IMG/VR virus record: IMGVR_UViG_3300044648_000206
Coordinates: 8,265-72,264 of that record
Direction: 5' to 3' (one strand)
Length of the DNA stretch: 64,000 nucleotides
DNA from: a virus
Below are positions 27,298-35,544 of the stretch, one piece after another. Within the stretch, counting starts at the first letter, position 1. The number at the start of each line of letters is the position of its first letter. Under the pieces are notes generated by a model that was not told the DNA's origin, ran no database searches, and saw only the letters and a program-made list of their open reading frames with translations. The position numbers and the translations under genes are program-made.

Positions 27298-27774
27298 TTA
27301 CTGGCTGAGCCAGACCGTGATGGTGTCGACCTCGCCGAAGGTGGAGGCGACCTGAGTGCCATCGACACGGCCGACGCCGCCGATGGCCGGGTACCAGATC
27401 TGCTGCACCCGGAAGAGCGCCCCGTCGAGGGTCACGTCGGTCCGGGTCAGGGAGCGCAGGCTCTTGCGGGCCTCGTGCGCCAGGGCCTCGGTCATCTTGC
27501 GGCTGATGCCGAAGGTGGACAGGCCGTAGGGCAGCTGCCAGCCGTCCTGCGGGTCCGAGAAGCTGCCGCTGGACAGGGTGGCCGTCTGTGGGGTCAGGAC
27601 GTTGTAGGGCGTGAAGGTGGAGCCCTCCTCGCCCGGGTTGCCGGTCCAGCCGGCGTCCTTGAGCCCCTCGACCCGCTTGGGAGCCTCGGCGTCCCCGCAC
27701 CGGAAGCCGGTCGCGGTCTCGATGGTGGCGATGAGCAGGTCGGTCAGTGCTCCGCGGTGGATCAGGGTCTTCAC
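27298..27774 (-). CDS. tail terminator
   Basis: Synteny; GDAEAP..GW.G.P...FTPY. Confidence 0.65.
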   Translation of the reverse strand: MKTLIHRGALTDLLIATIETATGFRCGDAEAPKRVEGLKDAGWTGNPGEEGSTFTPYNVLTPQTATLSSGSFSDPQDGWQLPYGLSTFGISRKMTEALAHEARKSLRSLTRTDVTLDGALFRVQQIWYPAIGGVGRVDGTQVASTFGEVDTITVWLSQ

Positions 27775-28253
27775 AGCGCGCTCCTGGGGCCTTTGGTGAT
27801 GAGCAGCTGGCCGCGCTCGGCGAGCTCACCGGCGTAGGGGTCCAGGGCCTGGATGGCGGCCGGCCGCATGAAGGGCTGGGCGTGCACACCGGGGTGGCGC
27901 ACGACCTTGGCGTAGACGGTCTTGCCGCCCACCTGGAAGACCAGGTAGGGCTTGTCCTTGGGCCGGATCTCGATCATCTTCCCGGGGAACTCGCCTCGGG
28001 TTCCGGTGCCGAACTCCTGGTAGGCGCCGTAGGGCACGGTGGGGCTGATCTCGGCCACCAGCCGGTCCACCCAGGTGATCTGGATCGAGGCGGCCAGCTT
28101 CCCGGTGTCCACCGGAGCCGCGGCGGCCGCGAGGGTCTGCACCTTGACGGCCGTCTCCTGGATGAGCTGCAGGGCGACCTTGTCGATCCCCTCCCCGCTG
28201 GCGTAGGCCAGGTCTGCTGAGAGCTGGCGCAGGTCGGCCGAGGCCGCCGTCAC
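27771..28253 (-). CDS. HK97 gp10-like tail completion protein
   Basis: APVDTGKLAASI...YGAYQEFGTG...HPG..AQPFMRPA. Confidence 0.85.
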   Translation of the reverse strand: MTAASADLRQLSADLAYASGEGIDKVALQLIQETAVKVQTLAAAAAPVDTGKLAASIQITWVDRLVAEISPTVPYGAYQEFGTGTRGEFPGKMIEIRPKDKPYLVFQVGGKTVYAKVVRHPGVHAQPFMRPAAIQALDPYAGELAERGQLLITKGPRSAL

Positions 28254-28681
28254 GCTTCCCACCAGCGGTTGGCCCGGTAGGCCTTGACCGAGAGCTGGCG
28301 GGTGGCCCGCATCAGGCCGCCGCCGCCGACATCGGTGATCGAGAACACGTCGTCCTCGAGGTCGGTGTCGGCCCCGAACGAGTCCACGATCACGATGTCG
28401 TCGACCTTGGGCACCGCCGCGTTGTAGGGCAGCGAGATGATGGTGGCGCCGGTCTGGATGACCGCCTCGCCGGTGAAGATGGCCGCGCTGGCCTGCTCGG
28501 TGTAGATCCGGGCCCGGCCGCTGTAGAGCACCGTGGCCACCCCGCCAGTAGCCACCAGGGTGTTCTCGTCGTAGACCGGCGGGACGACGTGCAGCACCCG
28601 CACCTGGCCGAGCATGTTGGCCAGGGCGCGCTGCCGGACGTACCGGAGCGTTCGGGTGCTGTACGGCGGCCGCGCGGGCAT
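28250..28681 (-). CDS. head-to-tail stopper (DUF6093-like)
   Basis: Synteny; LYSGRARI...ISLP...DDIV.V. Confidence 0.7.
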   Translation of the reverse strand: MPARPPYSTRTLRYVRQRALANMLGQVRVLHVVPPVYDENTLVATGGVATVLYSGRARIYTEQASAAIFTGEAVIQTGATIISLPYNAAVPKVDDIVIVDSFGADTDLEDDVFSITDVGGGGLMRATRQLSVKAYRANRWWEA

Positions 28682-29166
28682 CAGAGCGCGTCCTCCGGGT
28701 AGCCGTTGTCCCAGCCGGACTGCTTACCCTTGCCGGCGTAGTCCTGGCTGCCCGCCCGCAGGTTGTCGTGCATCCCCTTGCCGAAGGACAGCGGCTTGAT
28801 CGTGGGGTCGAACTCCTCGCCGAAGATGGTGCCGCCGGCGGTCGGAGCACCCCCGGTGCCGACGAAGTCCTTGTACTCCTGGCGCAGCCGCATGGCCAGC
28901 TGCTCGTACTTGGTCTGCAGGCTCTCCACCCCGACCGAGACGCCGTCGCCGGAGACCGAGACCTCGCGGGCGAACTTGGCCGCCAGCCGGTCGGCACAGA
29001 CCGCAGCCGCGTAGACCAGCGAGCCGGTGACCGGCTCCCACTGGTCGATGACGAACTGGATCTCCTCGTCCGGCAGGAGCTGGTCCGACTCGTCGGTGTC
29101 CTGCAGGTGGAAGCGGACCGTGTCCAGGTCGGACGCGGACGGGTCACCGGAGTAGGACCAGGTCAC
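28681..29166 (-). CDS. head-to-tail adaptor
   Basis: MTWSYSGDP.ASDLD.VRF.LQDTD...LL.DEEI. Confidence 0.8.
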   Translation of the reverse strand: MTWSYSGDPSASDLDTVRFHLQDTDESDQLLPDEEIQFVIDQWEPVTGSLVYAAAVCADRLAAKFAREVSVSGDGVSVGVESLQTKYEQLAMRLRQEYKDFVGTGGAPTAGGTIFGEEFDPTIKPLSFGKGMHDNLRAGSQDYAGKGKQSGWDNGYPEDAL

Positions 29167-29170
29167 GGGG

Positions 29171-29713
29171 TCACCCCTCGGTCAGGTGCGCGATGATGTC
29201 GGCCTTCTTGGCGGTCTGGTCCAGGCCGGCGTTCATGCCCAGGGCACGCAGCTCCGGCCAGGGCATCTCGGCGAGCTCGGCCGCCGTGCGCTTCACCGGA
29301 GGGACCACCTCGGTGGTCTCGGAGATCAGCGGCTCCGGCTCCTCGAGGTACTCCGGCTCCTCGACGACCTCGGGCTCCTCCGGCTCCGGCACGGGCTCCG
29401 AGGCGCCCGGACCTACCGCGACCCGCACCTTGGGCTTGGTGGTCTTCCGCTTGGCCTCGGCCTCCCGGGCAGCCTGGGCGGCGTCGTGGTCGGCCTCGGT
29501 GAAGCCGTGCAGCTCCCAGATCTCGGGCTCGCAGTAGGACAGCGCGGCCTCCAGCTCCCCCTCGAGCACGGCGGTGCGCTCGATGAAGAAGGTGTGCTCC
29601 AGGCGGGCCAGCACGTGGCCCTTCCACTGGAGGGCCTCGGGGACCAGATCCCCGGGCTCACGCTTGTCGACGCCGACCTTGATCGGCTTCCGGACTCGGT
29701 GGCAAGTAGGCAT
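29171..29713 (-). CDS. hypothetical protein with C-terminal Rho-N/HeH-like helix pair
   Basis: LAEMPWPELRALG...GL....KKADIIAHL. Confidence 0.65.
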   Translation of the reverse strand: MPTCHRVRKPIKVGVDKREPGDLVPEALQWKGHVLARLEHTFFIERTAVLEGELEAALSYCEPEIWELHGFTEADHDAAQAAREAEAKRKTTKPKVRVAVGPGASEPVPEPEEPEVVEEPEYLEEPEPLISETTEVVPPVKRTAAELAEMPWPELRALGMNAGLDQTAKKADIIAHLTEG

Positions 29714-29739
29714 GTCTTCACCCTCCTGGGCCTTTCAAG

Positions 29740-29787
29740 CCAGAAGGGGGAGCAGCACACCCCTGAGGCGCTGCTCCCCCTTCCGGG
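29740..29787 (-). terminator. hairpin after the capsid gene
   Basis: Long GC-rich inverted repeat (CCGGAAGGGG..GAGCAGCGC / GTGCTGCTC..CCCCTTCTGG). Confidence 0.65.
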
Positions 29788-29803
29788 GCGTTACGAAGGT
29801 GGA

Positions 29804-30829
29804 TCAGACGACGACGGTGTTGAGGAACACACCGCAGTCACCGCTGACCAGCTTCATGTCGTAGGTCATGGAGGCCTCGATGCGGTCGACCTCCGTACGC
29901 TCCAGGCGGAACTGCTTGACCCGGATGCCGGCCTTGTTGCCGACCGAGTAGCCGTTCCACGTGAAGGTGTAGCCGGCGCTCGGGGTGTTGATCCCGGGCG
30001 AGTCCGGCGCGTAGAAGAGCGCCGCCGACTTCTTGCCGTAGACCCGCGTGTAGGTCGCCGCAGCGTCCTGGGCAGCAGCGTCGTTCATCTCGCCGACCCC
30101 GGTCTTGCGGGCGCGAGCGACGACCAGCTTGCCGATGCCGAAGAACTCCGCGACCAGGTCCTCGGTCACGACACCCTTCTGGGTGTACTTGATCCGGTCG
30201 AGGATCTGCGGGTGGTTCTTGAGCGCCTTCCAGACGTCCACGCCGATGACCATCTTGTTCGGCATGAACCCGGTCAGCTCGTCGAAGGCCTCGAACCAGT
30301 CCGTGGTGTCACCCAGCGGGTCGGACGCGGCCTGGTCCCACTGCATGAAGTTCGCGGTGGCAGGCGAGAGACCGGCGGCCGTGGTGCCCGTGCCGGCAGC
30401 GGTGCCGGTGTACTCGTAGGCCCACTTGCCCGAGGCGAAGAAGTCCGCGGCCCAGTCGATGTCCCGCTTGAGCAGGAGCTGGCCCGTGATCAGCTTCGTG
30501 GCGTCCGAGTCCAGCTTGAAGTTGCTGTCCGCGTTGGCCCGGGTCTGGTCGTCGATGTCCTTGTGCACGGCGTACACGTCGCAGTAGTACTGGTCGGACG
30601 TGACGCGGTACCCGGTGCCGGCCGACTCCGTGGCCGGGGCGCGCTTCGCGGCCTCGGTGCGGAGCCAGTCCGACTTCGAGTACTTCCAGAAGATGTCCGA
30701 CCGGTGCTCGACCGGGACGCTCGGGAAGATCTTCGTGGCGAGGTAGCGGTCCGCCTGCTGGGCGTACCGCACCGAGACGCTGGAGAGCGGCCCGTTGATG
30801 TGGAGGTCGCTGGCGTACGGGTTAGGCAT
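29804..30829 (-). CDS. major capsid protein (lambda gpE-like HK97 fold)
   Basis: 341 aa; LSSVSVRY....YLATKIFPSVPV...PNKMVIG..VW.ALKNHP; follows decoration and scaffold genes. Confidence 0.88.
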   Translation of the reverse strand: MPNPYASDLHINGPLSSVSVRYAQQADRYLATKIFPSVPVEHRSDIFWKYSKSDWLRTEAAKRAPATESAGTGYRVTSDQYYCDVYAVHKDIDDQTRANADSNFKLDSDATKLITGQLLLKRDIDWAADFFASGKWAYEYTGTAAGTGTTAAGLSPATANFMQWDQAASDPLGDTTDWFEAFDELTGFMPNKMVIGVDVWKALKNHPQILDRIKYTQKGVVTEDLVAEFFGIGKLVVARARKTGVGEMNDAAAQDAAATYTRVYGKKSAALFYAPDSPGINTPSAGYTFTWNGYSVGNKAGIRVKQFRLERTEVDRIEASMTYDMKLVSGDCGVFLNTVVV

Positions 30830-30846
30830 GGCTTCTCAGTCCCTTC

Positions 30847-31269
30847 TCAGTTCCGTCGCAGGAGCACGGACATGAGCTCCCCCGAGACGCCGGCGGTGAG
30901 GGCGATGCCCGTGCAGAGGCCCTCGTCGTCCGTACCGGCGACCCAGGCGACAGCCAGGCCGCTCGCGTTGACCTTGACTCCGGAGCCCGCGGTGATCGCA
31001 CCGCCGGCCAGGACCTTGCTGACACCGTCGACCGCGACCGTGGCCGCCTCGCCGGTGTTCTGGGGCTTGTTCTGCAGCACGCCGATGACGCGCTCGTTCG
31101 CGGCGGCGACCGCGAGGCCCGCAGTGCGGGCGCCCGTCACCTTGACGAACTTGTACTGGTGGCCACCGTTCGGGTTGGCCGAGCCGGTGACTCCGGGCGG
31201 GCCGGTGTAGACGGCGATGCTCGAGTCAGCCTCGAGCGTGATCTCGCGAAGAAGCTCTTCGTAGGCCAT
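30847..31269 (-). CDS. capsid decoration/cement protein (DUF2190-like)
   Basis: QYKFVK...IGVLQNKP..GEAATV...GVSKVLAGGAITAG. Confidence 0.75.
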   Translation of the reverse strand: MAYEELLREITLEADSSIAVYTGPPGVTGSANPNGGHQYKFVKVTGARTAGLAVAAANERVIGVLQNKPQNTGEAATVAVDGVSKVLAGGAITAGSGVKVNASGLAVAWVAGTDDEGLCTGIALTAGVSGELMSVLLRRN

Positions 31270-31293
31270 GGCTGTGTTCCCTCCTCAGCTCTC

Positions 31294-32082
31294 TCAGCGG
31301 CTCTGGCGCTCGGCCAGGTAGCGGTCGTACGCCGCCGGGTCGGCCTCGAAGGCCTTCTCGATCAGCTCGTGCGAGTCGGAACCGCGGGTCGACAGCGCCT
31401 TGGACAGCTCGCTGTCGGGCTCCGGCGAGAGCAGCTCCTCGACGACCGAGAAGGCGTCGTGGTTGCTGCCGGTGCCCGAGGTGCCCAGCTCGGCGAACGC
31501 GGCGCCGGCCGACTCCAGGGCCTTGTTGAGGACCACGCAGTCGTCGTGCGACAGCGTCTCGGCGGCCCGCATCAGGACCGGGCCCAACGCCTGCGGGGTG
31601 ACCCCGGGGACGCCGTAGGACTCGGCCTTGCTGACGTACTCGCGGGTCAGGCGCAGGTCGCGCTCGGCCTTGGCGATGGCCTGAGCCTCGCGGGCCTCGG
31701 CCTGGGCCTTGCTGACCTCGCCCAGGGCCTTGGTGATCACGTCGTCGCGCTCGACGTCGCCCAGCGCCTTGGAGAGGTCCTCGCGGACCTGCTCGGCGAA
31801 GGACTTGCCGACCGGCTCGAGCTCCTGCTCGACCTCGGCCTCGGCGCCCTCGGTCTCGTCGGCCGCCTCGATGGCGAACGCCCGGCCGTCCTCGGAGAAG
31901 ACGACGGTGCCGACCTCGAGCTCGTCGATGTCCTCGATGAGCTCGTTGTTCTCGTTGAAGTACTGCACGGTCTCCTCCGGAGCTCGCTTTGCCAGGGCGA
32001 CTCGTGCGTGCTGGTTCGCCGGCCGGTCGACGAGGGAGACCTCGTCCACCTCGATGTCGTGTAGCCAGTTCGCAGTCGTCAC
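31294..32082 (-). CDS. scaffolding protein with N-terminal protease strand
   Basis: AAGGAGG RBS, GTG32082; DEVSLVDRPANQHA then an acidic coiled coil with ten phi-x-K motifs. Confidence 0.75.
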   Translation of the reverse strand: MTTANWLHDIEVDEVSLVDRPANQHARVALAKRAPEETVQYFNENNELIEDIDELEVGTVVFSEDGRAFAIEAADETEGAEAEVEQELEPVGKSFAEQVREDLSKALGDVERDDVITKALGEVSKAQAEAREAQAIAKAERDLRLTREYVSKAESYGVPGVTPQALGPVLMRAAETLSHDDCVVLNKALESAGAAFAELGTSGTGSNHDAFSVVEELLSPEPDSELSKALSTRGSDSHELIEKAFEADPAAYDRYLAERQSR

Positions 32083-32097
32083 GCAGATCGCCTCCTT

Positions 32098-32120
32098 GAC
32101 TCCACGGTCTGAGGCGCGTC
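32098..32120 (-). promoter_or_regulatory. putative late promoter (scaffold/capsid)
   Basis: GACGC-N6-GACCGT-N6-A. Confidence 0.55.
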
Positions 32121-32316
32121 CCACCGGTCCTGATGGCAGAGTTGTGCTGAGGCACTTGCGTTTCGCTCAGAGGAGTGCGTAGGGTCGTCTCGAGGCGGCG
32201 AGAAGAGTCAGCTCGACACTGGTTCTCAGCCGCCGTGCTGCCGCTACTACCTCCGAGAGAGGGAACGGGCAGCAGAGAGCCCCAGCCATCTCATGCGTGG
32301 CTGGGGCTCTCCCTTG

Positions 32317-33687
32317 TCAGTCGCCCTTGACGGGGGACCACTTCTGGCCGGCGTTGGCCCGCTCGATGACTCGAGCGACCTTCTTCTGCTTGCGTGCCGC
32401 GACCGGGACGACCTTCTTCTCGCCGCGGGTCTTGGCCCGCATGTAGAGGTTGGTGGCTCGGATGCGAGTGTCCTGCTGCTTGCCGTTGAAGGCCAGGTTC
32501 AGCGTGCGGGCCAGGTTCCGGTCGCTCAGCGCCTTGGCCACCTTGGTCTTGGGCTCGACCTTCTTGGCCTCGGCCCGCTGGATCGCCGCGAAGTTGTAGC
32601 CGCCGACGCCACCGACACCACCGGCGCCGATCGACAGCTGCTGAGCAGCCCGGTCCAGGTGCCGGGCGTAGGCCTGCCCGCGCGGGGTCTTGCCCAGCTT
32701 GGTCGCCTTGGGCAGCAGCTTGGCCCCGCCCAGCGTGCCCAGGGCTGCGAGGCCCAGGGTGGACCCAGCGATGGTGGTGGCCGACTGGACCTTCTTGCGG
32801 TGGGCCAGCTCGCGGTTGCCCATCGTGGCCGACTTGGCCAGCTCGAGGTCCGCCTGGTGCGCCAGCCGGCCGGGCTCCTGTGCCTTGGACATCTCCTCGA
32901 GCCTCCGGGCGCGCTTGTTGGCGATCTTCTTGCTCCGGGTGCCCGTCGCCGCAACCACAGAGCCGGCCGCCACGGTACCCATGGTCTTGAGGCCAGGCTT
33001 GCCGTGCATGACCGCCTCGGCAGCCTTGCGGCCGACCTTGGTCGGGACGTCCATGGAGCGCAGCTGCATCTTCTGCTTGAAGCCCGGGTAGTCGTTGAAG
33101 GCCGCGTCCCGCAGGGCGGCACCACCCAGGGCACCACCAGCTGCACCGGCCACGCCCTGCCCGGTGTTCTCCACCCGGTTGGCCCGGGCCTCCCGGCGCT
33201 CCCACTTCTGCTGAGCCACCGTGTAGTCCCGCTTGGCCAGGGTCGCCTTCTTGCGCTTGGGCTTCTGGGTCGCAGCTGCGCCCAGGGAGGCGCCGGCGGC
33301 CGCCGTAGCACCGAAGCCGGTCACCAGGGCTGCCTTGGGCTTGGCCAGGTGAGCCACGACCTTGGTCGTCCGGTAGCCCTTGATCGACCGGCGGGCCGCC
33401 TTCTGCTCGCCCTCGGCCTTGGCCTTGAGCTTGTCGGCCATGCCCCGAGCGGCAGCGCCCTCACCCTCGGTGCCAGCGCGGTCAGCCAGGTTCTTGACCT
33501 TCTCGTACTTGCGCCAGGTCGGGGCAGCGTCGCGCAGCTTGGTCTCGTTGGCGGCCGCCCGTCGCGTGGCCCTGATCCCGGCCTGCTGCGCTCCGACCGC
33601 GGCCGGGGCACCCAGGAAGTAGGCGCCGGCCAGCCCACCAGCGGCCGCGTTGGCGCGCTTGCGTCGCTTGTAGTCGGAGGTCGGCAT
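32317..33687 (-). CDS. basic Gly/Ala-rich putative internal head (cargo) polyprotein
   Basis: Repeated Gly-zipper helices flanked by K/R; LAKR, MSKA, LAKS, VAKA. Confidence 0.6.
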   Translation of the reverse strand: MPTSDYKRRKRANAAAGGLAGAYFLGAPAAVGAQQAGIRATRRAAANETKLRDAAPTWRKYEKVKNLADRAGTEGEGAAARGMADKLKAKAEGEQKAARRSIKGYRTTKVVAHLAKPKAALVTGFGATAAAGASLGAAATQKPKRKKATLAKRDYTVAQQKWERREARANRVENTGQGVAGAAGGALGGAALRDAAFNDYPGFKQKMQLRSMDVPTKVGRKAAEAVMHGKPGLKTMGTVAAGSVVAATGTRSKKIANKRARRLEEMSKAQEPGRLAHQADLELAKSATMGNRELAHRKKVQSATTIAGSTLGLAALGTLGGAKLLPKATKLGKTPRGQAYARHLDRAAQQLSIGAGGVGGVGGYNFAAIQRAEAKKVEPKTKVAKALSDRNLARTLNLAFNGKQQDTRIRATNLYMRAKTRGEKKVVPVAARKQKKVARVIERANAGQKWSPVKGD

Positions 33688-33689
33688 GA

Positions 33690-34220
33690 TCAGCCGCGAC
33701 CCTTGAGGTAGCCCTTACGCTGGTTGCGGTTGTTGCCCGCGATGGCCCCGCCGACCGAGCCGACCGCGCTACCAAGGGCGGCACCGCCCGCGCGGCCACC
33801 GGAGAGCACCCCGCCGGCCACCGAGCCGCCGAGCGAACCCAGCACCGCGCCGCCGTACTCGTTGCCGGCGGCCCGAGCGCGCTTGCCCTTCTTGGCAGCG
33901 GCGATGCCGTGGATGCCAGGCGCGAGCGCAGCGGTGGCCTTGCGGCCGGTGGTGGACTCCTGCGGCTTGGCCTTGGACAGCTCGAACGGGTCAGCGTCGG
34001 CCGACTTCTTGAAGGGGAGCAGGTCGCTCATCCGGTTGTGCGACCGCGCGCCGGGGCCGGGGCCCTTGCCCGCCTTGCCGCTGTCCCAGGCGCGGAGCAC
34101 CTTCTTGGCCGTCTTCGGTGCCTTGGGCACGCCCGACACCGGCGACTTGCCCGAGGCCAGGATCAGGCCGCGAGTGACGCTCTGCTTGGAGACGTTGAAC
34201 GGGTCGGACTCGATGCTCAT
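33690..34220 (-). CDS. basic Gly-zipper putative cargo protein
   Basis: MSIESDPFNVSKQ...DADPFELSKA; C-terminal GxxxG repeats. Confidence 0.6.
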   Translation of the reverse strand: MSIESDPFNVSKQSVTRGLILASGKSPVSGVPKAPKTAKKVLRAWDSGKAGKGPGPGARSHNRMSDLLPFKKSADADPFELSKAKPQESTTGRKATAALAPGIHGIAAAKKGKRARAAGNEYGGAVLGSLGGSVAGGVLSGGRAGGAALGSAVGSVGGAIAGNNRNQRKGYLKGRG

Positions 34221-35518
34221 GACGCTGCCCCCTCCAGGGCCTTCTGCACACGGGAGCCCTTCCCGTGGATGCTGAAACCTGCACGCTCGCCGGTCTTGAC
34301 CTGGTTCCAGGTGGCGTCGTCGTTGACGTGGTAGCCGACCCACCAGCCGGTGGGCATTCCCTTGGCGATGTCAGCCGGCACGCCCAGCTGCTCGAGCTTC
34401 TCCGGAGTGGCCACGAAGGACTCGACCATGTCCGAGACGTGCAGCGCCCGCTCGCCCTGGCGCTCGTGCTGGTTGCCGCCGACCCGGGACTTCACCACGT
34501 AGGCGTAGGCGCTCTTCTCGATCTCGTCGATCGGCGCGTAGTCACCCTGCAGGTCGACCACCGGCTTGCCGTCGACCGTGGAGAGGTTGCACCAGCCGAA
34601 GACGAGGCGCTTGTCCTCGTCCATCTTGGAGATCTCACCGGTGTAGACGTAGTCCACCTGCTCGGCCTTCTCGACTCCTCCGACCCGGTGCTTGCCCTTC
34701 GGGGCAGGCCCGGTCTCCGGGAGCCGGATGGGAGCCAGCTTGCGCTGGGCGGCCTTCTTGCCGGCCCGGCGCCCGACCGCGTAGCCGGTACCGGCACCGA
34801 CCGCAGCCGTGGTGACCAGCGCGGCCTTGGCCGCCTTGGGCGCGGTCTTGAGGGCGTCCTCGGCCATCTCCGCACGGGCGGTCAGCTTGGCCCGGCTCAT
34901 CCGGTGCTTGGGCTCGGACTTCTCGATCAGGTTCTCAGCCAGCTCGATCGCAGTGGCTGTGCTGATCTGGCCCTGGCGGCGCGCCTCGACGATGTCGTCC
35001 AGGGCCTTCTTGACGTCCTTCTTGGACTCCCGGGCCAGCACGCGATTGGCCACCAGGTCGCCGCCGGTGTTGGCCGTCTGCAGGCCGAGAGCGCCCAGCG
35101 CCACCGCAGCACCGGCGCGGCCGGTACGCGGGCTGATCTTGGGCAGCTTGTCCGCCGCGGCGTGCATCTTCCGGGCCACCTTGCCGCCGCCGAGCAGTCG
35201 CTCGTCGCGAGCAGCTGCGCCGAGCGCGGTAGCGCCGGCGGCCAGGCCGACCACGTTGGAGGCCAGGCCTACCTTGGCCTGCAGCTTCTCCCGCTCGGCC
35301 TTGGTGCGCTCGCGCTTGTCGACGCACTTGCACTTGTCCTTGGAGCACTTGCAGGTCTTGCAACGGGCAACCTTGAGACCGCCGTTGACGTGCACCTCGG
35401 AGGCGTCCATCTTGGACACGTCGTAGGCCTCACGGGGGTCCACCGCGTCACCGAACAGGAGGTCTACGACCTCGCGGAACACGGGGTCGACCTCGTGGAG
35501 CTTCGAGATCATGTCCAT
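34217..35518 (-). CDS. XkdF-like capsid maturation protease with N-terminal cargo-like region
   Basis: KRLVFGW...VVDLQGD...EIEKSAY...NQH...VESF...GWWVG....W..VK.GERAGFSIHG. Confidence 0.85.
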   Translation of the reverse strand: MDMISKLHEVDPVFREVVDLLFGDAVDPREAYDVSKMDASEVHVNGGLKVARCKTCKCSKDKCKCVDKRERTKAEREKLQAKVGLASNVVGLAAGATALGAAARDERLLGGGKVARKMHAAADKLPKISPRTGRAGAAVALGALGLQTANTGGDLVANRVLARESKKDVKKALDDIVEARRQGQISTATAIELAENLIEKSEPKHRMSRAKLTARAEMAEDALKTAPKAAKAALVTTAAVGAGTGYAVGRRAGKKAAQRKLAPIRLPETGPAPKGKHRVGGVEKAEQVDYVYTGEISKMDEDKRLVFGWCNLSTVDGKPVVDLQGDYAPIDEIEKSAYAYVVKSRVGGNQHERQGERALHVSDMVESFVATPEKLEQLGVPADIAKGMPTGWWVGYHVNDDATWNQVKTGERAGFSIHGKGSRVQKALEGAAS

Positions 35519-35541
35519 GGCTCTACCTTCCGGTTCCTGTC
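35519..35541 (-). promoter_or_regulatory. putative leaderless late promoter (protease)
   Basis: GACAG-N6-GAAGGT-N6-ATG. Confidence 0.55.
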
Positions 35542-35544
35542 ACG

